A stretch of 64,000 nucleotides of DNA from contig OX597822.1 of NCBI GenBank assembly GCA_951406725.2, positions 82,646,001 to 82,710,000 on the forward strand, read 5' to 3'. The notes below the pieces were generated by a model that had not been told where the DNA came from, made no database searches, and saw only the letters and a program-made list of their open reading frames with translations. This document shows positions 23,957 to 36,352 of this stretch, piece after piece. Position 1 is the first letter of the stretch; every line of letters starts with the position of its first letter. The stretch is from Octopus vulgaris (Eukaryota). The translations under genes and the position numbers were made by a program.

Positions 23957-24358
23957 AGGCATAGGAGTGGCTGTGTGGTAAGTAGCTTGCTTACGAACCA
24001 CATAGTTCCGGGTTCAGTCCCACTGTGTGGCACCTTGGGCAAGTGTCTTCTACTATAGCCTCAGGCCGACCAAAGCTTTGTGAGTGGATTTGGTAGGCGG
24101 AAACTGAAAGAAGCTCGTCATATATATGTGTATGTGTGTGTGTATATGTTTGTGTGTCTGTGTTTGTCCTCCCAACATCGCTTGACAACCGATGCTGGTG
24201 TGTTTACGTCCCCATAACTTAGTGGTTTGGCAAAAGAGACTGATAGAATAAATACTAGCCTTACAAAGAATAAGTCCTGGGGTCGATTTGCTCAACTAAA
24301 GGTGGTGCTCCAGCATGGCCGCGGTCAAATGACTGCAACAAGTAAAAGAGTAAAGAGT
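23957..24358 (+). mobile_element. SINE family A, full length (reference copy)
   Basis: GGCATAGGAGTGGCTGTGTGGTAAG...GGTTCAGTCCC...(TG)n...CCAGCATGGCCGCGGTCAAATGACTG.AACAAGTAAAAGAGTAAAGAG. Confidence 0.88.
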
Positions 24359-25702
24359 TATTAGAAAAAAGAGACAGTACCTAAGACTTTCAGAGGGCAG
24401 CCAAGAATTGTGGGGTCAATGAAGGATTAGGGTTAGTCTTTAGTGCAGGGTCTGGAGCAGGAGAGAAAGACAAATTCGTGTCATACGCTTCACGGAATAT
24501 GGTGTGTAAGTTGCTGATTCTGTGGAGCAGAGACTGTTGTGTGAAAGCATGTGGCCTAGAGGTTAGAGCATTGCACTTGCAATCATAAGATCATTGTTTC
24601 CATTCCCAGACTGGGTGGTGTAATGTGTTTTTGAACAAAAAAACCTTTCATGCTGTTCCAATCTCCTCAGCTGTAAAAAAGCTTCTGCAATAACTGGGAA
24701 GTTAACCTGTGAGGGACTGGCATCCCATCCAGTGGGGGAATGTTGTAATGTCAGTTAGTTAGATGCCATTGAAACAGGGTTAATCTCCTGCCTTGAGTCG
24801 TAGGATTTATGAGGAAAAAAAGAAAGAAAAGGAGGTTGTTTTGACAGTGGTAGAATAATCAGGGGACAATATGATGTCTTTGGATGGAGAAATTGAAGAT
24901 TTAGCAATTGGGTTTACAATGTTTGCACATGTATCAGCTCCACCATCTCAGATGTGGCCCTGAAGAGGAGGGTTAGTCTTCAGGGTTATAGTTTTTGCTA
25001 TGTTTTGAATGGGTTGTAAAATTCATTTCAACTTATTCAACATCTGCTTGTATCAGTTTCACTTCATTGATGTCATTAAATACTCATGAGAAAGGCATGA
25101 ATATTACACAATCACATCACCCATCTTTTTCCTTGTGCGCATCATTGCTTCAATATTAACGAAGTTTTAACCCTGAGATAATCATTTGTTTCACCTCCAC
25201 CCCATCATTTATGTCACTAAAATACTCCCTCATAAAGAAGTTAATGAGAATTCTCAATGCAGCTGTTTGACTGGCTAAAAATAGCAGCCAAACCTCCATT
25301 TTATTACACCATACCATCTTAATTTCTTTTGGCTCTTCAGAATTTCAGTTCAAATGCTGCCATGGTCAACTTTGCCTTTCATCCTTTCAGGGCAGATAAA
25401 TAATGTGTAAGTGAAGTAGTGAGGTTGATATAATTGACTATCCCTTCCTCTGAAAATAGCTGGTTTTGTGACAAAATGAGAAAGAATTATAGGCTTGTTC
25501 AATTAAGGCTAAAACCATCAATAACAACTTTGTAAGATGCACCCAAGAAGGGAGCCTCTATGTTGTTGTTTGATCTACTGAAATCTCCCTCAGATCATTC
25601 CCTGTTGTGTTGAGGGAGGAAGGGACAGATTTGGAAAATGCAATCCTATATACTTCCTAAAATGATGAGATGGTCACAGTTGGAATCATCGATTGTCTTG
25701 TT

Positions 25703-25890
25703 CAGCCGTTCTCAGCCGTGACTTCCAGGGCTGCATGTGGCCCTCAAGCATCCTTCTGATGGCCCCCTGCAGTCTTCCCTTTATAAATATAATAAATGTC
25801 TCTTTGATTGATTTGTGTTTCACTTTTGGATCAGACCCGGATAACAGGTTTGGGATCAGACCCTGATATTAAAAGGGTTGGAAACCACTG
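25703..25890. mobile_element. hAT (Charlie-like) MITE
   Basis: Ends CAGCCGTTCTCAGCC / GGTTGGAAACCACTG; 8-bp TSD GTCTTGTT vs GTCTAGTT; same family as 50589-50786. Confidence 0.7.
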
Positions 25891-26061
25891 GTCTAGTTAG
25901 CTCAAGGTGGACTTGGGAAGAAAAGCATCACAAAACACATTTCTGCCTGGCCACTTACCTCTGCCTTTCATATCAAACCTAGTACCACTATGGTCTGGTA
26001 CTTAGGATTCCTTGCTAACATTCAGATTTAATTCCCAGTGTGGGAACTCATTAGCTTACAT

Positions 26062-26417
26062 GCAGGCATGGCTGTGTGGATAAGAAACTCACTCTGCAAC
26101 CACATGGTTCCTGGTTCAGTAACACTGAATGGCACCTTGGGCGAGTGTCATCCTTGGGCCAACCAAAGCTTTGTGAATGGATTCAATAAATGGAAACTGT
26201 GTGGAAGCCCATCATATATACGTGTGTATTATGGCTGTCCTCCATCACTGCCTGACGACAGGTGTTAGTTTGTTTATGTCCCTTTAAAGAGGTTGCTTGA
26301 ATATGTACCAGACATAACAAAAAAATACAGGGATTGATTTGTTTGATTAAAACACCTTCAAAGTGGTGCCCCAACCTGGCCACTGTCCAATGACTGAAAC
26401 AAGTAAAAGATAAAAGA
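26062..26417 (+). mobile_element. Diverged SINE family A
   Basis: Head and tail motifs; further partial copies at ~27112-27260(+) and 27903-28094(-). Confidence 0.75.
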
Positions 26418-28740
26418 TTCAACAAGAAGGAAGGAAAGAAGTAAAAATCAATAGCGAAGCTTTCTGTTTACAATGAAATAGGTGTGTCCGTATGAAAAGT
26501 CGCTTTATTGATTGGTCTTCAACTGTAATTATCTTTTCTGTTTCTTTGCTTTCGTTGACTCACGAAAACAGCAATTGTGTAACAGCAGTAGCAACAGCAA
26601 CAGCGGTCTGCTGGCTGACAATTGTTCCTGCTTTCTCACGTAGCGCCACAAGAAGATAAGATTAAATGTTTTTTAAACTACAGGAGCAAACACAAAACCA
26701 ATCAGGGAAATATATTGATGAGTCAGGACTCAATAGAGTGGCGGGAACATTATCGAATGCCAGATAGCATTTATTACGTTTTTTTCTTCCTCTCTTTGTA
26801 TTCTATGTTTTAAGTTTTCTAAGTTCAAGAACCTGCGGAGCCAAGTACCAGCTGTATTCTAAGGGATATATACAATTGACTATACCTCATCCGTTGGCAT
26901 ATTTCTGGGTCTGGCACCAATCTAAGAAAGGAACTATTACATAAAACTGGTGGCCAGCACTATAGATCAAGAAATAAGCTTCTGGCTAGTGGAGAACATG
27001 ACCTGGTTTCTTTCCTTGGTTATGGCAAGCTTACTTCTCTTCATTCAGATAATTATTTTAAGAAAAGGCTCAAACGTTAAAATAGCTAATTTCAAACACA
27101 CACAAATACATAGCTGTATGGTTAAGCAGCTTACTTCCCATACACATGGTTCCAGGTTCAGTCCCACTGTATGGCACCATGGCCAACCTGTAGCCCTAGG
27201 CCAACCAAAGCTTTGTGAGCAGATGTAGTCAATGGAGACTGAAAGAAGCCCATCATATGTGTGGGTGGCGAGAGATATTTGGCATCTCCTTATAGTTGTA
27301 AACGAGTGTCACCATTGTACAGCAGTGTTCTTTGTTTCCAATGTTCCACGAAAATATGTCTGGTCAGGGGTAGGGCGGGGAGGAACGTTATTACTTTTTT
27401 TGGCAACAGGTGGGTTATCCAGAAAACCTGATTCAACTCATTCCATCTGACCCATGCAAGCATGGAAAAGTGGATGCAAAAACGATGATGATGATGATGA
27501 TGATGACCCCCCCCCACACACACACACACATGCCTAAAAAGAAAAAAAGGTTATGTCAAACCAGCAACAAAACCCTTACATGGTCACTCAATCTGCTGGA
27601 AATAACAAGCAAGCCTTCCTCAAATTGCACCCTTTAAAAACAAAGACATGTCGGGTAATGAAGTCATAAATATACTATGTCTGCAAAACAAGACAGATTA
27701 AGGTGTGACACTTTCTGATCATAAGTTTGCTCAGCTGTGGCTGACCTGTGGTCAAATATCAGAATCATAATTACGTGTGGTTCGTCAGAAGACTTGAGTA
27801 TTTGTTAATATTTTAGCAAATGTAGTAAATCAACAAGTTTCTTTATTCAGTTAAAAGCTTTTTCTTTTTCACTAGCATTGTGAATGCTTTTGTTCTTGTT
27901 TTGTTTGTTTCAGTCATTTGACTGCGGCCATACTGGAGCACTGCCTTTAGTCGAACAAATTGACCCCAGGAATTCTTCTTTGTAAGCCTAGTACTTATTC
28001 TATCAGTCTCTTTTGCCAAACCAATAAGTTATAGAGACATAAACACACCAACATAGGCTGTCAAGCAATGTTAGGGGCACAAATACACACACACTTGCTA
28101 GCAAGGCCGTAGTTTTCCGTTTTGCAACCATGATATACTCCAAGAATATTAAAGGTGTACAAATTAATATTGTGCTTTCTTGTGTTAGCAGTGCGATGTT
28201 CTCATTTTTAAGTTAATCTCTATAGATTTTCCATAGAATTCAAAGCCATCACTGAGCTCTTTAGAAAATCTGTAGAGATTCGAAAGATTTTGGAAAATAT
28301 AGAAAATGGATACTGAAGTAGATCTGCTCATTAAAGCCAACAGGTAAATCAGTCGAGCTTGTTTCAGGCTTATTAGACATCGGGGAAGTACGTTTTACTC
28401 AGCTGGCGAAACTAAGAGTAATCAATATATTTAGAAATAGTAGGTATGAAGGAACGCTGATTGCGATTATTATCAATATAGCTCAGGGGGAAATTCTTCG
28501 GGGTAGCGTCCCGCATAGTAAATGCAATGACAACAAGGTCTTTGCATGTTATATGGGATTTGTAATGTGACAGGCGTGAAAAAACGTTGATCACCTGAAA
28601 TTATCTAATGCTTGTTTTGGGTATTTATAATTTAAAATCAGCAAGCAAAGTAACTAACTCAAATAAACTTGCGTGATCGACGTTTTTACACAATGCTCTT
28701 TGGAGTGGATCTTGTATTTAAAGGCACCTGCAGAAATTAA

Positions 28741-28775
28741 CGGACGTTTCGGCGTTATTAGTCCTCCTCAGTGAA
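28741..28775 (-). ncRNA. Degenerate minimal hammerhead motif
   Basis: Minus strand: ca-CTGAGGA-GGaC taataac GCC-GAAAC GTC-cg; core intact, stems eroded. Confidence 0.45.
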
Positions 28776-29789
28776 ATATATAATAAAGACTGGGAAGCAG
28801 AGTGGTAGAAACGTTACAGGACCGGAGTGAATAGATGTGACTTGGTATTTAATTACGTCTCTTTATATCCTCGTTTCAAATCAGAAGGGTGGTGCCTCTA
28901 TTAGGCTTTCAAGTAGTAAATATACTGGACAAGAGATCCTTACATGGTCGACCTGCTAGAAATATCAGTTAAATGTCGCTTAAACAACACCCTGTCGTTT
29001 TAAATAAGGAAGAATACACTGGACAAGTAGTCTCATGCAGACAAAAATAAAAGATAAATAAACGGAATGATCCCAAATGGATTATTTTTCATCATGGGTC
29101 TGCTTCATCAGAGATAATTTGAAGGGAAAAAATAGGGGAAAGGAGAAAACAACCGAAAATAGGTAATATTGAATCGATTTGTCATTATTCCACTACATTT
29201 TCTTCTGGATATACCAGTAATTTCCTGCTTTCATTTCGATGAAGCTATGATGCCTGCAGTCAAGAAATGCGTCCTTTTTCGGCGAATGCAAAGAAATCAA
29301 TAATTTCTATAATAAATACAACTTTTTACAAAAGCAACCATCAACAGCATTGACATCCAGCAGATACGATTAAATCAATTGTTGAACGTCTGTCTCTTGT
29401 CCGGATAAGAAACAGTGCAGTTTATTTATTCATTCATTCACTTCCTCTAACTAATCTGTGTTGCTTGGAAATCTCTCTCCGTTCCATTATAAATTCTATT
29501 ATAATCTGTACCAGTAATTAAGGCAGTATTTATAAACTAACATTTCGATCCACTCCATTATAAAAGTGGATATACAGAATTGTTCAAATGCCATTATGCA
29601 GGTCGGTTTAAATTAAGGGAAGTCGATTGAATTGACCTAAAGAGTATGCCGAGGAGTTAATTTTATCGACCATAGACCAAAGAAAAGTGAAATGGATCGG
29701 TATGATTTGAACTCGAAACAGAATAGGTCGAAACTAAATTATGTATGGCATTTTATCAGTTCTCACTTTCCACTACTTTAATTATATAT

Positions 29790-31230
29790 GAGGCGTTTTG
29801 GTGCCGCCTTTTTGGTGGTGGTGAAATCTTACCCGTATTTCTTGATGGAGTGATTGGTGTTTGTCATTTGGAGAACTGCTGACATTGGAATACAACACAA
29901 TAAGTACAAGAGATTATGTCAAGCTCCTTCTCTGCTATAAAGAATAATTTCTTCAGGCGTCTGAAGGCATTCCTTAGACCGTTCTGCTCTTTAGAGCTCG
30001 TGGGTAATTGGAACATCTTGGATGCACGTATGGTGTGTATCAGGTTAACTGATAAGAGAAGGGCGTGCAAAAGCCTCTCAAACCTGATCAGAGGTTTTCA
30101 ACTGTCCAACATGTTGCGTCTGTGTTTCCTGAATATACATCTGGTCATTCGGATAGTATCTAGATAATTTTTCTGTGGGCCAGTAGATAGGGATAGCATA
30201 GATTGTCCACAATTTCAAGGGGTCTGCTACAAAAACCACAAATTTTGGACCTGTAAAGACGACCTAAATAGACTACAAAGGCAAGACCATAGTCACTGGA
30301 AACAGCGCTTCTGTTCTGGTGCTTACAGAGGGATCGGATAAGTAAATGAGTTAATCGGACGTTGATAAAAGTCGTCAACAATATAAACGGTCGCTCACCA
30401 TGAAAAAGATCAATTAGAATTGGATCAACAAGATTTAGCAAGTGGATAATGACAAAGAAAACTTGATGAGATGGTAACTTAGAAACCTAGATGAGGCTCT
30501 TAGGAAAGGTGTTGCAACTAACGTGCTTCAAGCAAGATTGGCTCTTGACCAATTCTACAGCGTAAAGGACAAAGGCTGCATTGTAAGTGCTAATGTACGT
30601 ACTCTTAAGACTTGAAGGAACGAAAGCCGTTCAATGAGCCTGAGTGGAAGAGGCATTACGTCGTTACAAAGTCACGTTTCGGACTTTGGCTGACTATGAT
30701 AAGTACGTGCTACTCAATCCCAAGTAAATTTGTGCGATTTTTCAGTTGCACTTCGTTCGACAGTTTGGGACGAGTGACAGATAGGATCGTGGGATGGACT
30801 TCAGAATGGGTTGACACGATTTTCGGCAACGGAGTCAGAGTGTTGCAAGAAGCCGATCGCCGTCACTGACGTACGGAAAGCCATGTATAGCTGCACAAAG
30901 GAAAAATCACTTAGCTTAGATGGTCTTTTCTACGAGCTTTATGTATATATGTCAGACATGCTCGGTGACCTCTTCGCAGATGACTACTGCAACGGGCAAT
31001 TGAACAGGTGGCTTTCTACTTCTGTGACCCGAAGAATGGTGGCTCTGCCGAGAATGGATCCAAACAAGGAGTGAGGGTTACACAGATAATTTTCGGTTAA
31101 TTCTGCTAAATACAAAGTTAAGATTTTGACCAAATTGTTAGCAAAGAAGTTGGCGCTTGTCATCGGGGGTCTGATTGACGAAGCGAAGACCTGTGCCATC
31201 CTAAACAGTTCAATCAACAACAACCACCAG
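29790..31230 (+). pseudogene. Decayed Tx1/L1-clade LINE ORF2, APE endonuclease through start of RT
   Basis: Broken frames give FFRRLKAFL..LELVGNWNILD (GDFN/GDWN motif), KSLSLDGLFYELY (KSPGxDG motif), KILTKLLAKKLA..LIDEAKTCAILNSSINNN, homologous to DKAQTCAVPGRTIHDN of the young copy. Confidence 0.75.
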
Positions 31231-32203
31231 CTTAGAAAAGATGGCTACGGAACATTATGATCAGTTGAAACACATCAGCTTGTAGATGATGAAAAATGTT
31301 CAATCTGATGTTCTTCTACTTCTGCCAACTCACCATCCTCAAGACAACGTGGGCAAAGAAGTCTATGAATAGATTGTTTACCAGTTTTCCCTCATATCGC
31401 ATCTCATCTGGATAATGTAGTTCTGAAAATACGAAACAGGCGAGATGGTCAAGGCTGGAACATTTCTGATCAGAAGGTTGCTCAATAGTTCTGACCTGAG
31501 GTCAGACAACAACGATAAAAATAACTCTGAAGCCAGTGTTGAAACTGCAATACCATCGCTTGACCTGCTAGAAATAGCAGACAAATCTCTCTAAAAACTA
31601 CACCTCGACCTACCCTACCTAAAAAGGGGTGGGAGGGATAATTAGATAATCTAGTCTTAAATAAACAAATGGATTATTTCTTTCTTTGTGAGTGCAATTA
31701 TTTTGGTCAAAGGTTTGCTAGATCACAGATGGTTGAACTTAAACAACCACTCTATACAATGGAATAAATCTTTCCAATATTGGCTTAGGGCCAGCAAATT
31801 TAATTCCAATAAATGAATAATTACAAAATTAAGGGAGGTAACTACAGTCAGTCGGACTCTTGTTCTGTGAATGCGCGCGTTTGATACTCTGTGTGTTTAT
31901 GTCGAGTTACGAAAACAATTTTACATTAAACCGAAGGATTACTCAATACATTTATAGAGTGCATAATATTTGCTAGCTAACAAGAATAGTGTTGATAGTA
32001 ACTTCGAAGTTTTGACCTGCTTAGCCTTCATAGAAATATATTTATTTGGAACAGTTGTCGAAGGGCTCCAAACAACCATAATGGTGAAACGCTCCTAGGA
32101 ACTTTAATATAAACACAAGCTTGGGTTTATCCTACTCTTCATGCATACATGTGTGTGTGTGTGTGTGTGTGAAGAATAAGGATAAACCCACCTTCATATA
32201 CAT

Positions 32204-32575
32204 GTGTGGTAAGAAACTTGCTTCCCAACCACATGGTTCCGGGTTCAGTCTCACTGCGTGGCACTTTAGGCAAGTGTCTTCAACTATAGCCTTGGGCCAA
32301 CCAAAGCCTTTTGAGTGGATTTGGTAGGCGAGAACTGAAAGAAGCCCGTCGTAGTATATATATGTGTGTGTATGTATGTTTGTCCCCACCGCTTGACAAC
32401 CGGTGCTCGTGCGTTTACGTCCCCGTAACTTAGCGGATCGGCAAAGAGGCCGATAGAATAAGTACCAGATTTTAAAAATAAATAAATAAAACTGGGTCGA
32501 TACATTCGTCTAAAAACTCTTCAAGGAAAATGCTCCAACATGGCTGCAGTCTAATGACTGAAACAAATAAAAGAT
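32204..32575 (+). mobile_element. SINE family A
   Basis: Family motifs with CpGs retained. Confidence 0.8.
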
Positions 32576-33589
32576 GTGTATATTATTTAGATTGAATCTT
32601 GCTGCTCTGAGTTTCACCTTTGGGTGTACAGGGTCTGTAGTCAAGTTACGACAGTCAATACTAAACGTGTGTGTGTGCACGCGCAGGCAAGCAGGCACAC
32701 GCTCACACTTACACAAGAGTTTGCACATCTGAAACTGTGTTGTGACATATCTTCTCTTTTATTATCACGCTCTACACATTGTTTGTTTTTACACACCCAC
32801 TTTTGCACATAAACGAAACCGTATATAAAATAAACACATAAATAAATAATTATATGAATACATTAAAATTGATCTTGTGTTGTTAGGTGTTTATTAGATC
32901 AGTATCTACAAATATGAGTGAACAAAACACACCCTAGACATGTGTATATTTGTATGTGTGTGTAGTAAAACCTATTATATAGTAAACTTATGAATATTTT
33001 TGCTGTGAGCGAAACTGTATTTTTTGACAAATTGAAGGGTGGGTGGGTTACTACTGCGGTCTAGGATTTCGAGTTGTTTAATTCTAGGTCAGCCTTATTC
33101 GAGCAGGCTTTTGATCAAAAGCAATCCAGCCGTGAGCTTTTTGTCTTTTGCCTACGCGCAGGGGGCCAAAATCACATTATCGAAATGTATCCGTTTTTTT
33201 TTTGTTTTTTTTTCTTTCCTTTTCTTTGTATGACGACGGTGTGTAATTTCAAAGGTTTCTAATTGTTGATGATATATAACTCCAAGTCAGTCTCATTTAA
33301 GCAGACCGTTGATCAAAGGCAATCTAGCCGTGACCCTCTGGTCTTTTTCTTATAAGAAAGGAACCCAGGGTCATACGCAGTACAGTGTGTCCTTTCCTTA
33401 AATGCCGTTTTATGATTTGTGAGAGACTCGACTGCTATTTCTTAACAGGTCAAGTGTCTATGTGGAGCAAGTGGCTCTCAATCATTGACCCCTTTCATTT
33501 CTGTTTTACTCTGGACTTCCGTAGCCATTCGACGTTTCAAAAATAATCAACTATCATTGAGAACTATATGTAGAGAAAAAAAAATGTTA

Positions 33590-33696
33590 GAATATTTTAT
33601 GTATTGAAGAAGTTTAAGCTGTTTATTGCAGATTAACTTCAACAAAATCTTACATAGACCTCCAAGAGTCATGTGGACCCCGGTTGAAAACCATTG
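33590..33696 (-). mobile_element. hAT-like MITE end; inverted relative of 35150-35270
   Basis: ...GGACCCCGGTTGAAAACCATTG vs CAGTGGTTCTCAACCAGGGTTC at 35150; adjacent internal sequence also aligns. Confidence 0.6.
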
Positions 33697-33743
33697 CTGT
33701 AGGAACTCACACGTTGGATCGCGTATTATTTCAGTGTTGCCAA

Positions 33744-34133
33744 GGCGGTGAGCTGGCAGAAACGTTAACACACCGGGCGAAATGCGTAGCCGTATTTCGT
33801 CTGCTGTTACGTTCTGAGTTCAAATTCCGCCGAGGTCGACTTTGCCTTTCATCCTTTCGGGGTCGATTAAATAAGTACCAGTTACGCACTGGGGTCGATA
33901 TAATCGACTTAATCCGTTTGTTTGTCTTCTCTGTGTTTAGCCCCTTGTGGGTAGTAAAGAAATAGGTATTTTGCCCGTTGCTACGTTCTGAGTTCAAATT
34001 CCGCCGTGATCGACTTTGCCTTTCATCCTTTCGGAGTCGATTAATTAAGTACCAGTTGCATACTGGGGTCAATCTAATTGGCTTATTACCTCCCTGAAAA
34101 TCCAGGCCTTGTGCCTTTAGCAGAAAGGATTAT
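33744..34133 (+). mobile_element. Dimeric SINE family B: head+body+Tx1-like tail (33744-33965) fused to a second body with a different tail (33966-34133)
   Basis: Two copies of ACGTTCTGAGTTCAAATTCCGCCG..TCGACTTTGCCTTTCATCCTTTCGG.GTCGATTAA.TAAGTACCAGTT; the central domain resembles, from memory, the Meta/MESC-type SINE core. Confidence 0.85.
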
Positions 34134-34545
34134 GGATCTTTTCGGTCTGAACGGCAGTTTTTAAAAATAATTTTCACGTAACTAAACACTTTTAAACTTC
34201 GTATACTGGTAGAATGTGTTTATAAAACATCTTTTTCTCTTGGCTTTATTGAGAAAATTCTACGGTTTGTAAGATATTTGTTGTTGTTTTTTTCTTCAAT
34301 TTCTGCATTTCAACCAATCAATGACGTCTATTGAGGTGAAAACATTCTGTGCCGTATGAATATGTCCCTCGTTTAAGAAACAGATTGGGTTTATTTACAT
34401 TTCTGAAGAAAAAAAGATACTCTTCCCCCTACCCCTAACCCTAAAACAGATTGAAATGCAATAGATCGATACTAGGGTCATAATTATGGGTGACAATTTC
34501 ATATGACACCGCTAGAAAAAACTGCCGTTCAAACCGAAAAGATCC
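34134..34545. mobile_element. Non-autonomous DNA transposon (Merlin-like MITE), 412 bp
   Basis: TIRs GGATCTTTTCGGT(C/T)TGAACGGCAGTTTTT; perfect 8-bp TSD AGGATTAT at 34126-34133 and 34546-34553. Confidence 0.85.
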
Positions 34546-34740
34546 AGGATTATTTCATTGATGCCGATGATGCTTTAACTTCCGGTTATGACTATCATGT
34601 TTTTCTTTATGCATAAGCTACATTATCCAGTATTGCTGTTCCTTCTTTTCGAAAACTGTAGGGTATAATTCGAGGAAGATTTAACTGATATTCTAGAAGG
34701 CCGAGCGACTACATACAGTTTCTCTCTTTCTCTCTCGAAC

Positions 34741-35523
34741 TTATTCTATCGGTCACTTTGGCCGAATCGCTAAGTTGCGGGTACATAAACACACCAACAC
34801 CAATTGTCAAGCGGTGGGGTGGGACAAACACAAAGATATGCACATACTTACATACACACACACACACATACACACGACGGGTTTCTTTCAGTTTCCGTCT
34901 ACCAAATCCACTTCATAAGGCTTTGGTCGGCCCGAGACACTTGTCCTAGCTTTCTGGTTGTCTAGCTGTTTAGCCCCCAATGAGCCCTGATCCCACAGAC
35001 TTGCAATTAAAGGTATTCCAGTCATGACCATTCCGTCTTTCATTCATCACAATCAGCAGCAGCAGCAACAACAATAACAAACCCTGGACATTACTCTCTG
35101 GAGTCCTCGAACATATAGGGCTTGCGATCGTGAGTGCAGCACTCTACACCAGTGGTTCTCAACCAGGGTTCATATGGCCCTTGAGTGTCCGTATAAGATT
35201 TTGCTGTTAAAATTTATCTGCAATAAATTGGTTATAATTCTACAAAACACGAACTATTCTGACAATCCTTTTATAGGTGCAGACGTGGCTGTGTGGTAGG
35301 AAGCTTTCTTCCCAACCACAAGGTTCCGGGTTCAGTCCCACTCTACCGACCAAAGCCTTGTGAGTGGATTTGGTAGACTGAGACTGAAAGAAGCCCGTCG
35401 TGTGTGTATGTTATGTGTGCGTATCTTTGTGAGTGTTTTGCTCCCTCCACCACCACCGCTTGACAACTGGTGTTGTCAAGGCGGTTCCCCAAGTCAAATG
35501 ATTGATTGAAACAGATAAAAGAT
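34741..35523. mobile_element. Two partial SINE family A copies in opposite orientation (34741-34946 minus; 35275-35523 plus)
   Basis: Family A motifs. Confidence 0.7.
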
Positions 35524-36149
35524 ACAATTCCTAATAATTATGAAAAGACAGTAGGACTTTTTCGTATAGTTTGAATAGCTATGGAAGCCCAGTTGTGTAG
35601 AATGTGAATCAAAGAAGCTCCCGAGCAAAAATGTTTGAGAGAAACTGCCCGACCTGATGTAATTTATCTGAGACTGCATTGTCGAATATGTAAGTTTATA
35701 AAAATGGTAAGGTATGCGATTTGAGAAAAACGGTAGCTATTTCTAGCAAGTCGACTGATCACATAGAGGTACTCATATTTGCCATCGTGTTCATAAGGAA
35801 ACACTTCATTTCATGTTACTCTAGCCACTCATCCACAAAAGAGTAACCTTTCGGTGGACCGGTGCCCCTTTCAGGGGAAGAAGAATGTTGTGATCTCTGT
35901 CGCTTGTATGCCATGGAACCTGAGTAACCGACCCCAGGATTCCTAGGGCTCGAATCCTGGCGAGGTACATTTGGCTTGACATCCTTCCAGGTTCCCATAT
36001 ACTGGAGTATATATATCCTTCATTCGAAAACATGCAGCACTGTGCTCATGTTAGAAGTAAATATTATCAAGGATGATGGATTGGTAGTTATTTAGTTAAA
36101 CTTATTTATGTTCTGAATTCAAACGTCTCTCCGGGCTTTTGAAATTCTG

Positions 36150-36352
36150 GCACCAGAGCAGCAATTTTAGGGGAGGAAAAAAATCGATTGCATCGATTCC
36201 AATGCTCGGATGGTACTTATTTAATCGATTCCAAAATAATGAATGGCAAAGTCGATTTCAGCGGAATTGGAACTCAGAACGTAAAGAGCCGGAAGAAATA
36301 CCGCTGAGCATTCTGTCCGACGAGCTAACGGTTCTGTCAGCTTGCCGCCTCG
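36150..36352 (-). mobile_element. SINE family B; further copies at ~23133-23300(-), 25338-25490(+), 43332-43470(+), 44866-45013(+), 52731-52943(+), 55945-56110(-), 62790-62914(-)
   Basis: Reverse complement of family B head and core. Confidence 0.75.

Noticed and set aside
24958-24985. CTGAAGA as hammerhead core
   Set aside because: It is sequestered in a simple hairpin with TCTTCAG and has no GAAA or stem III.
28412-28600. Minus-strand TTTCAG acceptor followed by a 60-aa ORF
   Set aside because: No recognisable protein, weak pyrimidine tract, no convincing donor.
34433-34444. Interstitial telomere
   Set aside because: Only two CCCTAA units, internal to a MITE.
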